Below are positions 1 through 7,658 of a stretch of 38,304 nucleotides of DNA, piece after piece; within the stretch, counting starts at the first letter, position 1, and each line of letters starts with the position of its first letter. The notes beneath the pieces are model-generated. The model saw only the letters and a list, made by a program, of their open reading frames with translations, was not told where the DNA came from and did no database searches. A program made the translations under genes and the position numbers. The stretch lies in IMG/VR virus record IMGVR_UViG_3300042289_000484; one strand, written 5' to 3'. Origin of the DNA: a virus.

Positions 1-127
1 TTTTGCGTTAGAAAGCACGCATCAACAGGGGTTATCTTTGTGAATGTGCAAAATGGCTACGAACTGAATGAACTGCACAACGTGTACGCACCATCGCCGA
101 CCAATGGCCAGGTGCTTACCTATGTGT
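1..127. repeat. Terminal direct repeat, copy 1 (identical to 38178-38304); circular-closure overlap
   Basis: nt 1-127 (ttttgcgttagaaagcacgc...cttacctatgtgt) recur exactly at the 3' end of the window. Confidence 0.95.
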
Positions 128-1236
128 CCGGCAATTCACGATGGGAGGCGGCAACAGTAGCAGATCAGAGCGCGACCAATGAACTGCAAACGCTGTCGGT
201 GGCAACCAACACCGCAACCTTATCAAATAGTGGAGGTTCAGTAACCATCGCGGGTGGCGGTATTAACACAGTTGGAACAGCCGGTAGCACGATAACCGTC
301 ACAGGTACGGAGGTTGACGGCTCTGTAACCAACGAAATACAGACCATAGACCAGTTCTCACTTTCAGGGCAAACATTAAGCGCGTCTTTATCCTCGGACG
401 GTGTAGCGCCATCTACCGTGACGCTTCCGGTCGTGGGTATTACGGCGGGCACAAATGTGACGGTGAGTGAATCGGCGGGCGTGTACACGATTAATTCATC
501 CGGTGGCGGTGGTGGCTCTGGCATAACATCACTAAATGGATTAACTGCATCCACTCAAACATTTGCTACGGGCACGACCGGAACGGATTTTAATATATCA
601 TCCGCGACATCTACTCACACATTCAACCTGCCTACGGCCAGCGCAACAAACAGGGGCGCGCTGAGTAATGCGGATTGGACTACGTTTAATGGCAAACAGA
701 ATGCTTTGGTAGATATTGTAACTGGCAATGCAACTGGCGGTGGTGGAGGGGGAAGAATTGCCTTTTGGAATACTAATAACACGGTAACTGGTAGCAATCA
801 ATTTCTATATAATTCATCCAGTAGGAGGCTTGCCATTGGATATACTGCAACAGCGCCAAATGCTACAATACATTGTCAAACAAGTAGCGATTTGTCAACT
901 CTTTTTGTGGCTATATTCAGAAATACAACAAACGAAATAATGAATATAAGGGCTGACGGACGCACAGCATTTTTGGCTACCAACACAGCCACAGGCACAA
1001 CAGGCGCACAAACGATTAACAGGCCATCAGGAACGGTAAACTTTGCGGCTGGCGCAACTTCATTATTGGTCACAAATTCACTATGTACAACAGCATCCAT
1101 TGTTTTTGCGGTGGTAAGAACAAACGACACAACAGCATACATAAAGAACGTGGTTCCGGGCGCTGGCTCTTTCACGATTAATCTGGGCGCGGCTGCAACG
1201 GCTGAAACATCGGTCGGCTTTTTCATCATCAACTAA
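1..1236 (+). CDS. Tail fibre protein, C-terminal part of the wrap-around gene that starts at 37302
   Basis: Frame 1 is open from nt 1 and continues the 37302 ORF across the junction, so the GTG at 40 in the track is internal. Contains TNE(L/I)QT repeats and the fibre-type stretch LNGLTASTQTFATGTTGTDFNISSATSTHTFNLPTASATNRGALSNADWTTFNGKQ. Confidence 0.8.
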   Translation, partial: FCVRKHASTGVIFVNVQNGYELNELHNVYAPSPTNGQVLTYVSGNSRWEAATVADQSATNELQTLSVATNTATLSNSGGSVTIAGGGINTVGTAGSTITVTGTEVDGSVTNEIQTIDQFSLSGQTLSASLSSDGVAPSTVTLPVVGITAGTNVTVSESAGVYTINSSGGGGGSGITSLNGLTASTQTFATGTTGTDFNISSATSTHTFNLPTASATNRGALSNADWTTFNGKQNALVDIVTGNATGGGGGGRIAFWNTNNTVTGSNQFLYNSSSRRLAIGYTATAPNATIHCQTSSDLSTLFVAIFRNTTNEIMNIRADGRTAFLATNTATGTTGAQTINRPSGTVNFAAGATSLLVTNSLCTTASIVFAVVRTNDTTAYIKNVVPGAGSFTINLGAAATAETSVGFFIIN

Positions 1237-1247
1237 AAAAAATCACC

Positions 1248-1904
1248 ATGAAAAATATCATTGTAAAACTCATTCTCTTTTTCTTTTGCGCCACATCACT
1301 CAACGCGCAAACCATCGTGCAAGATTCATCCTGGCTCACTCAAACATCCGGCATATACTTTGCCAACCGCCTGCAAACGTACGACAATGGCAATAGCGTG
1401 CTGACCAGTACGAAAGTCGGTGACACAACAGCAGTCGTACAGGGCGCAATAAATGTGTACAGAAGTCAGGCATCCACAATGGCATCAGACGCTATTTTGT
1501 TATCCAGCAATGGCGCTAAAATTCGCGAAATCATCAGGCAGGACGGACTGCTTCAAACGCAGGTAGGTAAGTCGGCACTTAATCAGATTGCACTACAGGT
1601 GGATACGTCAACTGTGGAGGGCAAATACTTTACCGCTTCCGGCTGGACTATCAAGGACGGTGCAGCAGCAGCCCAAAATATTGTATTCTCATTCAATCCC
1701 ACTACGGGCGCATTCAGATATAAAATCGGCTCTGAAACGGTGCGTTTAGCGTATTGCCTGGGTAATGTCATCCGGTTAGCTAATTATGGAACTACAGGGC
1801 GCGCATTGGATTTTTACCGCGCACCAAATGGCCGCTGGGTGACGATAGATTTGCAGCAGCAGTTGATACCACCGCCTGCCATCATTCAAGCGCTTCGCAA
1901 CTGA
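1248..1904 (+). CDS. Hypothetical protein with Sec-type signal peptide
   Basis: 218-aa ORF. N-terminus MKNIIVKLILFFFCATSLNAQ has basic n-region, hydrophobic core and AQ end. Lies 11 nt after the fibre stop and 1 nt before the next ATG. No domain recognised. Confidence 0.6.
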   Translation: MKNIIVKLILFFFCATSLNAQTIVQDSSWLTQTSGIYFANRLQTYDNGNSVLTSTKVGDTTAVVQGAINVYRSQASTMASDAILLSSNGAKIREIIRQDGLLQTQVGKSALNQIALQVDTSTVEGKYFTASGWTIKDGAAAAQNIVFSFNPTTGAFRYKIGSETVRLAYCLGNVIRLANYGTTGRALDFYRAPNGRWVTIDLQQQLIPPPAIIQALRN

Positions 1905-1905
1905 T

Positions 1906-2637
1906 ATGGTCTATTCGCTTCACATCGGGATCAACAAGTACAGCGTAAGTGAGTACGGCGAAGGTGCGAACTTGACGCAATGCGTGCGCGATGCGTATGC
2001 GCTTGCTGAAATTGCGCGCACGAAATTTAACTCAAGCAATGCGCGTGTACTTGCGGACGAATTTTGCACACTCGCGAACATCAAGCACGAACTGACGAAA
2101 TACGCGCACCTGATGAACGCAAACGATGTACTGCTTTACACGCACAGCGGACACGGCACGTACCACGATTATCAGGGAACGCGCGCAACGGGTGTATGCG
2201 CGTATGATGGTGTCTTTTGGGATTTTCAGTTGTTTCCATTCTGGAAACAGTTCAGAGCAGGCACGCGCATTGTCAGGTTGATTGACACCTGCTACTCTGA
2301 ATCCAGCTTCAGGACTGCACAGCCACTCGGCAGGACACGTTTTATTCAGATGCCCAAAGCGCCTGTAATAAAGCCGACAACCAACAAGATGGCCGAAGTT
2401 CGGTGCAGCATCATATCTGTGAGCAGCAGCACGGTAAAGCAACCATCTTATGAGAATGACAAGGGCGGTGTGTTCACATTGGCGCTGGAGGAACTATTTA
2501 AGCAGCAAGCCATACCAACCTACAACGAACTGCACAAGTTCGCCACAGGGCAAATAAATGCGTGGAAATACCCACAGACACCGCGACTGGAGGCGCACAA
2601 TGCCGGACAATACAAGGCAAAGAAGTTTTTAACCTGA
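1906..2637 (+). CDS. Caspase-like cysteine protease (peptidase C14 family-like)
   Basis: 243 aa. HIGINKY near the N-terminus. LLYTHSGHG (His83, nt 2152-2154) and RLIDTCYSE (Cys129, nt 2290-2292) match caspase/metacaspase His-Cys dyad motifs. Confidence 0.7.
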   Translation: MVYSLHIGINKYSVSEYGEGANLTQCVRDAYALAEIARTKFNSSNARVLADEFCTLANIKHELTKYAHLMNANDVLLYTHSGHGTYHDYQGTRATGVCAYDGVFWDFQLFPFWKQFRAGTRIVRLIDTCYSESSFRTAQPLGRTRFIQMPKAPVIKPTTNKMAEVRCSIISVSSSTVKQPSYENDKGGVFTLALEELFKQQAIPTYNELHKFATGQINAWKYPQTPRLEAHNAGQYKAKKFLT

Positions 2638-2648
2638 AATAACGCCAA

Positions 2649-2915
2649 ATGCCACTACCCGAACTGCCAAACTCAAAGAATCTACCCTATTGGGTTATAT
2701 TTTGCCTGTGCGCTGCAATTGGGGTGCTGTATGGCAGGATAATGGAGATTGAACGCGACTGTGACACGGCGTTACAACAGGAGCGCGAATATTGGGAGCG
2801 AAGATTTACAGCAGAGCGAGAGAACAACGAAAAGATCAGAAATGAAATGCTGCAATTCGTAAGCGAACAGCGCGCAAAGTATGACGAATTATTAACCAAA
2901 GTTCGCACGCAATGA
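2649..2915 (+). CDS. i-spanin-like protein (N-terminal TM plus charged helical tail)
   Basis: 88 aa. TM segment YWVIFCLCAAIGVLYG followed by E/R/K-rich sequence. ATGA overlap with the next gene. Sits in a lysis context. Confidence 0.45.
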   Translation: MPLPELPNSKNLPYWVIFCLCAAIGVLYGRIMEIERDCDTALQQEREYWERRFTAERENNEKIRNEMLQFVSEQRAKYDELLTKVRTQ

Positions 2916-3232
2916 AATACATACTTCTTTCTACCTTGTTCGCTTTCGTTCTTTCGTTTTTCATCACGAATTGCGCGAAAGAAAATTACAGGCATCCGAC
3001 CGACCCACACGTAAACGATTACGCGAATGTTTACGCGAATGAACGCACGAACAGGCGCAATGACGAACAGGCGCAAATTTTCAGCACACCGGAGATACGC
3101 GCAATTGCGGAGCAGGCAGACAGCGCGAATGATGCCATGCGCGCACGTATTGCGCTTGAGCTTCGCAAAGCAAAAATGAACAAACAGGCAGGCGCGTGTA
3201 GTGCGACCTGCGACACATCATTAACACAGTAA
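2912..3232 (+). CDS. o-spanin-like small lipoprotein candidate
   Basis: 106 aa. MKYILLSTLFAFVLSFFITNC signal with Cys. Overlaps the preceding TM/coiled-coil gene. The lipobox is atypical (N at -1). Confidence 0.4.
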   Translation: MKYILLSTLFAFVLSFFITNCAKENYRHPTDPHVNDYANVYANERTNRRNDEQAQIFSTPEIRAIAEQADSANDAMRARIALELRKAKMNKQAGACSATCDTSLTQ

Positions 3233-3243
3233 ATCACGACATC

Positions 3244-3708
3244 ATGTCAAAAACTAAATTCGATCCAAAGTCACCCGGATTCATCGCATCCATCACCTAT
3301 GTCATCCTTGCTGCCTTCGCAGCCACAGGCATAGAGTTTCCAAAAGACCCGTCTGCAATCGCGGGCGATTTTGAAACCACGCTATCAAGTGGTGGCATCT
3401 TTGCCGTCACGGGCCTGCTGGTTTCAGCCATCGTGTTCCCGATATGGAACTTTACGAAGAAGGGCGGGAAGATCAACGCAAAACTGATACTCGGTAACAC
3501 TACGTTTTGGGTGTCACTTGTTACTGCTATACTCGGCTTTGCAGCGCTTTACGGATTCACCGTGCCGGATGGCACAGCCGAACAGATCGTATCTGCCTTA
3601 TACGCTAAAGATTGGGGCGTGCTACTTTCGGTGCTGGCTATTAACATCCTCAATCCGCTCATTCGCTTCCTGAAGGAGGTAAAAAATATTGAGCCTGCCG
3701 AAGGGTAG
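3244..3708 (+). CDS. Holin candidate (multi-pass membrane protein)
   Basis: 154 aa with about four hydrophobic segments and a charged C-terminus. Lies directly upstream of the endolysin. Confidence 0.5.
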   Translation: MSKTKFDPKSPGFIASITYVILAAFAATGIEFPKDPSAIAGDFETTLSSGGIFAVTGLLVSAIVFPIWNFTKKGGKINAKLILGNTTFWVSLVTAILGFAALYGFTVPDGTAEQIVSALYAKDWGVLLSVLAINILNPLIRFLKEVKNIEPAEG

Positions 3709-3752
3709 GCATTCAAGGCACTTGATGCGTGTTTTTGATGATGAACGACAGG

Positions 3753-3789
3753 CCCGCCTGTGACAGCATGGGCGGGAACTGTTTTCTAT
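3753..3789 (+). terminator. GC hairpin with a weak T-run after the holin candidate
   Basis: cccgcc (3753-3758) pairs with ggcggg (3771-3776), followed by aactgttttc. Confidence 0.35.
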
Positions 3790-3803
3790 CAATTGAAAAG
3801 GCG

Positions 3804-3811
3804 TATCTTTG
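3804..3811 (+). promoter_or_regulatory. Bacteroidota-type -7 box TAtcTTTG
   Basis: Exact TAnnTTTG about 30 nt upstream of ATG 3843. Confidence 0.5.
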
Positions 3812-3842
3812 TCCGACACAAAACGGAGCGAAACAAGAAACC

Positions 3843-4391
3843 ATGTTTGCAAAACATATCACGCCTGAATTTTACCGCGCACTTGCAAAGGCATTGAAGT
3901 CTGCCAGGTTCACGCCTGTGCAGGAACAGGCGCCTAAATTGATTGCAGAGAACTGCGACCGCTTCAGCATCACCGACAAAAGGATGTTTGCCTATATGCT
4001 TGCTACCTGTTGGCATGAATGCAGATTCAAGCCTATACGCGAATTTAGAGCGGCTGAAGGCCATCCGGTAAGGGCAATGCAAGACAGGTACTGGAATACG
4101 GGATACTTCGGGCGTGGATACGTTCAATTGACGTGGAAGAGGAATTACCAAATTTGGAGCGACATCACGGGCGCTGATTTGGTAAACTTTCCCGATAGGG
4201 CACTTGAACCAACCATCGCTGCCTTTGTTTTGGTAAAAGGCATGAATGAGGGGTTATTTACAGGTAAGCGCTTAAGTCAGTACATTAATACTGAAAGGTG
4301 CGATTACTTCAATGCCAGGCGAACAGTTAACGGCGTGTTTCATGCCGACATAATAGAAAAGGCAGCCAAAGTCATAGAGGCTGTTTTGTAA
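3843..4391 (+). CDS. Endolysin, glycoside hydrolase family 19-like
   Basis: WHECRFKPIRE (two Glu) and GRGYVQLTWKRNY resemble GH19 catalytic and GRG.IQLT..NY motifs. Start moved from 3729 to the ATG downstream of the promoter. Confidence 0.7.
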   Translation: MFAKHITPEFYRALAKALKSARFTPVQEQAPKLIAENCDRFSITDKRMFAYMLATCWHECRFKPIREFRAAEGHPVRAMQDRYWNTGYFGRGYVQLTWKRNYQIWSDITGADLVNFPDRALEPTIAAFVLVKGMNEGLFTGKRLSQYINTERCDYFNARRTVNGVFHADIIEKAAKVIEAVL

Positions 4392-4426
4392 ATGTAGGTG
4401 TTTCTTTTTTTGTGTAGGTTCCACTT

Positions 4427-4458
4427 GCCCGATCTGATTTCAGGTCGGGCATTTTTTG
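4427..4458 (+). terminator. Rho-independent terminator ending the late/lysis unit
   Basis: gcccgatctg / caggtcgggc form a 10-bp stem (one G-U) with a 4-nt loop, then attttttg. Confidence 0.75.
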
Positions 4459-4477
4459 TTAATGCCTGAAAAACGTA

Positions 4478-4508
4478 TTGACAAACATCAAAAAGGTTTA
4501 TATATTTG
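4478..4508 (+). promoter_or_regulatory. Promoter TTGACA-N17-TAtaTTTG (early unit)
   Basis: TTGACA at 4478-4483 and TAtaTTTG at 4501-4508. ATG 4535 lies 26 nt downstream. Confidence 0.6.
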
Positions 4509-4534
4509 CAACAAACTTACACAAACATCACGCT

Positions 4535-5302
4535 ATGAACATTAACCATTTATCATTCAGCCGCCTGAAGGCGCTGCAACACAGCCCGCGAAAGCTGTAC
4601 AATTACCTTTCCGAAAAAAAAGCAGAAACGCCATCCATGATTGAGGGCCGCCTGCTTGACTGCATCCTTTTCACGCCCGATCAATTTGACAGCGAGTATA
4701 TCACGCTGCCTGAATCGCTGGACAGGCGCACAAAGGAGGGCAAAGCGGAATATGCCCGCATTACAGGTATTGCAGCGGAGCAGGGCTTGTCCATTGTGAC
4801 ATCCTCACAGGTGACCGAAGCCTCACTACTCGCAGTCGCTGTGAAAGAATCCGCGACCGTTCAAAAGCATGGACTGCTTAACCGCGAACTGTTCAAGTTT
4901 CAGGACTTCACGGACTTTGAGTTCGGAGGCTTTCGCCATGTGGGATACCGCGATGCCATCGGGATTGACACCAAAGGCCGCCGCGTCATTTGGGATTTAA
5001 AACGCTTTGGCGCAAAGTCAGGCGTTCAGGTGGGCTTTGAGATCAGGACAGGCGGGTACGACCTTCAGGCAGCCATCTACTGCCACGAATTTGACAGCCA
5101 GGGCGAAGAGTGTATTTACCACCTGATTGCGGTGGATAATGACGGCATGGTAACGCCTTACACTATCACACCCGAAGCGCGGGAACGTGCTACCGGACAA
5201 TGGGAATATCTTTGCTCGGTGGCAAAGAAGATTGACGGAACGAATTTCAAACAAGGGCCGGAATTTTACGCTCCCGATGGGGAGTTCTACCTGTACACAT
5301 AG
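4535..5302 (+). CDS. PD-(D/E)XK family nuclease (Cas4/RecB-like exonuclease)
   Basis: N-terminal LSFSRLKALQHSPRKLY and the YRDAIGID...VIWDLKRFG (D...D-x-K) pattern. Start set at ATG 4535 because 4478-4534 holds the promoter. Confidence 0.55.
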   Translation: MNINHLSFSRLKALQHSPRKLYNYLSEKKAETPSMIEGRLLDCILFTPDQFDSEYITLPESLDRRTKEGKAEYARITGIAAEQGLSIVTSSQVTEASLLAVAVKESATVQKHGLLNRELFKFQDFTDFEFGGFRHVGYRDAIGIDTKGRRVIWDLKRFGAKSGVQVGFEIRTGGYDLQAAIYCHEFDSQGEECIYHLIAVDNDGMVTPYTITPEARERATGQWEYLCSVAKKIDGTNFKQGPEFYAPDGEFYLYT

Positions 5303-5357
5303 GCCAAAAGATACTTTTGCGTTTTTTTCCATCAAATCGGTTTTCATTCTGACAGTT

Positions 5358-5389
5358 AGTCCGGCGCTGCAAAGTGTCGGGCTTTTTTG
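5358..5389 (+). terminator. Terminator hairpin plus T6
   Basis: agtccggcgc / gtgtcgggct stem with G-U pairs, then tttttt (5383-5388). Confidence 0.5.
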
Positions 5390-5400
5390 TTTAAAATCAG

Positions 5401-5408
5401 TACCTTTG
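5401..5408 (+). promoter_or_regulatory. -7 box TAccTTTG in an intergenic region
   Basis: Exact TAnnTTTG between two terminators, with no ORF downstream. Confidence 0.4.
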
Positions 5409-5414
5409 GGGTAA

Positions 5415-5476
5415 GAAAGTAAGGAAAACAAGTTGAAAAGCCGCTGCCAGTCGTAATGATTGGCGGCATTTTTTTT
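5415..5476 (+). ncRNA. Candidate small RNA (about 60 nt), promoter-to-terminator
   Basis: Purine-rich stretch aagaaagtaaggaaaacaagttgaaaa, then a gccgc/gcggc hairpin and T8. No coding potential. Confidence 0.25.
5440..5476 (+). terminator. Rho-independent terminator (T8 tail)
   Basis: gccgc...gcggc stem followed by tttttttt (5469-5476). Confidence 0.6.
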
Positions 5477-5497
5477 ATTAACCTATAAATAAATTTG

Positions 5498-5527
5498 TTG
5501 AATATTAAATAAAGTGCATTATATTTG
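5498..5527 (+). promoter_or_regulatory. Promoter TTG-N19-TAtaTTTG
   Basis: TTG at 5498-5500 and TAtaTTTG at 5520-5527. ATG 5532 is only 4 nt downstream, suggesting a near-leaderless mRNA. Confidence 0.5.
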
Positions 5528-5531
5528 CAGC

Positions 5532-5906
5532 ATGAAACACACGAATAATAACATGGAACAAAACGACAATCCAACCATTTACGAAGCATTCAGGCAACTC
5601 GCAACCGCTGTAGGTGCTGACAATGCAATCCCGTTTATCAATCAGCTTCAGGATGAACCCTATGAGGATGAGCGCACTATCATGCGTATTCAGGTAGGGT
5701 TCAAGGCATGGAGCATGATTAAGCCGGAGCCGCCCGCACGCGGTTTGCGCCTTGACCCAAAGTTGTGGTGGGGCTTACTCGATGATGGTTGGTGGCGCGA
5801 ACTTTACCGCGACCCGAACAGCCACAAAGCGCAAACGGTAGCGCGCTGGATTATCAAAGGAATCAAAAGCGGACGCCATCAGCGCCCGTTATTCATAACA
5901 AAGTAA
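5532..5906 (+). CDS. Hypothetical early protein
   Basis: 124-aa ORF starting MKHTNNN after the promoter. No motif recognised. Confidence 0.6.
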   Translation: MKHTNNNMEQNDNPTIYEAFRQLATAVGADNAIPFINQLQDEPYEDERTIMRIQVGFKAWSMIKPEPPARGLRLDPKLWWGLLDDGWWRELYRDPNSHKAQTVARWIIKGIKSGRHQRPLFITK

Positions 5907-5917
5907 ATTTCAAGGAC

Positions 5918-6868
5918 ATGAATTTTCAACCATCAGAAACAGTATCAGTACCGGAGCAGCAGGGCCGCCCGTTCAGGCTGTTCATTGAGTACAAAGGCGG
6001 CAAAACACCATCCAATTTTGCAGCAGACGCCACCGCACATCAGGCAGGCGCCGGATTCAGCGCTTACGACAAAGAAGCGGAGCAGAGGCTGCAGTTCGAT
6101 TTGCCACTTGACCTGATTGTCATTGGCCAGGCATTTGGTGTAGCGGGCGTTACCAAAGTCGCAGATCGGTTTGAGGGTTATTACTCAAACATTGTGCGCG
6201 ACACAAGAACAGACATCATGCGCGTGTTCTGCAGGGGCATCAACAGGCCACAGCATCAGGGCGTGTACAAGGACATCAAACCTCAATTGCCTATGGGCGT
6301 AGGCTTTCAGCATTACTTCATCGTGTGGAACGTGGCGGCCAAAGAGATACAAGCGCTGCAACTGACAGTCGGGTTATCCAACCACATCAAGCGGGCCATT
6401 GCCGAGGCAGCATCTTTGGGCGGTCGCAAAGTCAGAGCCGACCGGGTGAACATTTTTGACCTGCTGACTATGGAGAACAGGTTTTACTACTTCCGGTTCC
6501 AAAATGAGTTTATCAAGGTGGACAAGGAAGGCAGCGATTGGTTGCAGGGTGAAGCCTATTTTTATCCGCGTGTCAAAGTGATGACTATCACAGACGCAAA
6601 GCAGGTGGAGTTCCTGAAGGCTGAAGGGGAGAAGTTTCAGAACTGGTTATCTTTGGACATCCTGAAGAACACCACAGCCGCCATGATGCCATCCACCGAC
6701 ACGCAGCAAGCGCCACAGGCACAACAACAGGCACAGCAACCATTGTACGAACAACAGTACAAACAGCCCGCACAGCAAAGCAATGCCAGGCAGGTTGATG
6801 TACCTGCACCATCATTCGATGATGGGTTCCCAACTTCAGAGCCGTTTAACGGCGATCTGCCATTCTAA
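5918..6868 (+). CDS. Putative ssDNA-binding/annealing protein with SSB-like C-terminal tail
   Basis: Roughly 260-aa globular part, then a Q/P-rich linker, ending in FNGDLPF (compare the SSB tip DDDIPF). Adjacent to the nuclease. Start set at ATG 5918 (MNFQPSE); the upstream part of the track ORF overlaps the previous gene. Confidence 0.35.
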   Translation: MNFQPSETVSVPEQQGRPFRLFIEYKGGKTPSNFAADATAHQAGAGFSAYDKEAEQRLQFDLPLDLIVIGQAFGVAGVTKVADRFEGYYSNIVRDTRTDIMRVFCRGINRPQHQGVYKDIKPQLPMGVGFQHYFIVWNVAAKEIQALQLTVGLSNHIKRAIAEAASLGGRKVRADRVNIFDLLTMENRFYYFRFQNEFIKVDKEGSDWLQGEAYFYPRVKVMTITDAKQVEFLKAEGEKFQNWLSLDILKNTTAAMMPSTDTQQAPQAQQQAQQPLYEQQYKQPAQQSNARQVDVPAPSFDDGFPTSEPFNGDLPF

Positions 6869-6892
6869 AACTTTTTCATGAGATCATTAAAC

Positions 6893-6922
6893 GGAAGCGC
6901 CTGCACAAGCGCGGGCGCTTCC
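6893..6922 (+). other. Perfect 9-bp GC-rich hairpin without a T-run
   Basis: ggaagcgcc (6893-6901) pairs with ggcgcttcc (6914-6922); 12-nt loop. Confidence 0.5.
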
Positions 6923-6934
6923 TCTTCCAAAAAC

Positions 6935-7225
6935 ATGGACACAGACACAGCAAAAATAAAGGAGCGAGCAAAGCAATTATCAGATGACCTGATATTGCAG
7001 ATTGAGGCTGCAAAAAAGAAAGGCAAAATATCAAACGTGCAGATTGCCAAAGCGCTGGACACTTCACCGCAAAACATCGGCGAAAAGCTGTCAACAGGCA
7101 AAAAGCGCGGAGCCTCTTATTTTGAACTTGCATCTATCATTTGTGCAATCGAAAGCATATCCGGTAAGAAGTTCATGCTTCCAAAGTTTTGCAGCGCTGA
7201 TTTTCCGCAAAGTAATGTCAGATGA
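6935..7225 (+). CDS. Helix-turn-helix DNA-binding protein
   Basis: ISNVQIAKALDTSPQNIGEKLS is HTH-like. ATG 6935 is preferred over 6878 because the hairpin lies in the extension. Confidence 0.5.
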   Translation: MDTDTAKIKERAKQLSDDLILQIEAAKKKGKISNVQIAKALDTSPQNIGEKLSTGKKRGASYFELASIICAIESISGKKFMLPKFCSADFPQSNVR

Positions 7226-7593
7226 TAAAATTAACATCTCTTTTCTCATGGAGGAAAGAAAAGCAAACAGCGAAGTCACAGTCAAACGATGTTGCCCGAT
7301 TCATTATCGCTGAAACAAAGGCGGGCCGCCCGTGCTGGATTCGCAAAATATCCGTACACGCTGATAAAATCGGGCATGATGGACTTTCTCAAATATCAAC
7401 AGCATCTGCCAGGGTGAACTATCTGCGTAAGCATGGCGCATTTATTACAGGGCAGCAGTACGTCATTCACGAACTGGAGCCGCGCAAATGCCCGTACAGC
7501 AATAGGCTGGTGGAACACTTTTGCATGGTGCTTGAAACGGAACACAAGCGCATACAGCAGGCAAAGGTTGACCGTGCCATCACAGGTGACTGA
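7222..7593 (+). CDS. Hypothetical protein
   Basis: 123-aa ORF with ATGA overlap to the previous gene. Confidence 0.55.
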   Translation: MIKLTSLFSWRKEKQTAKSQSNDVARFIIAETKAGRPCWIRKISVHADKIGHDGLSQISTASARVNYLRKHGAFITGQQYVIHELEPRKCPYSNRLVEHFCMVLETEHKRIQQAKVDRAITGD

Positions 7594-7613
7594 TTCGATT
7601 TATTTTGCATACG

Positions 7614-7635
7614 CCCGACCTAAAAGCAGGTCGGG
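7614..7635 (+). other. Perfect 8-bp hairpin cccgacct/aggtcggg
   Basis: Read by eye. 6-nt loop and no T-run. Confidence 0.5.
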
Positions 7636-7658
7636 AAGGACGAGGTTTGTTTAGATCA

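Noticed and set aside
165-554. Minus-strand and alternate-frame ORFs inside long genes (e.g. 165-554, 876-1232, 9339-9650, 14106-14441, 19055-19276, 19637-19846, 26626-27009, 27554-28006, 32074-32418, 36064-36648)
   Set aside because: These are shadow ORFs fully embedded in well-supported + strand genes. Their composition is low-complexity or odd, and they lack their own start context. The whole genome is otherwise co-oriented.
6935-7225. Lysogeny module (repressor/integrase)
   Set aside because: Only a single generic HTH protein and an RHH protein are present. No integrase, excisionase, partition genes or divergent repressor/cro pair were seen, so a temperate lifestyle is not supported by this sequence.
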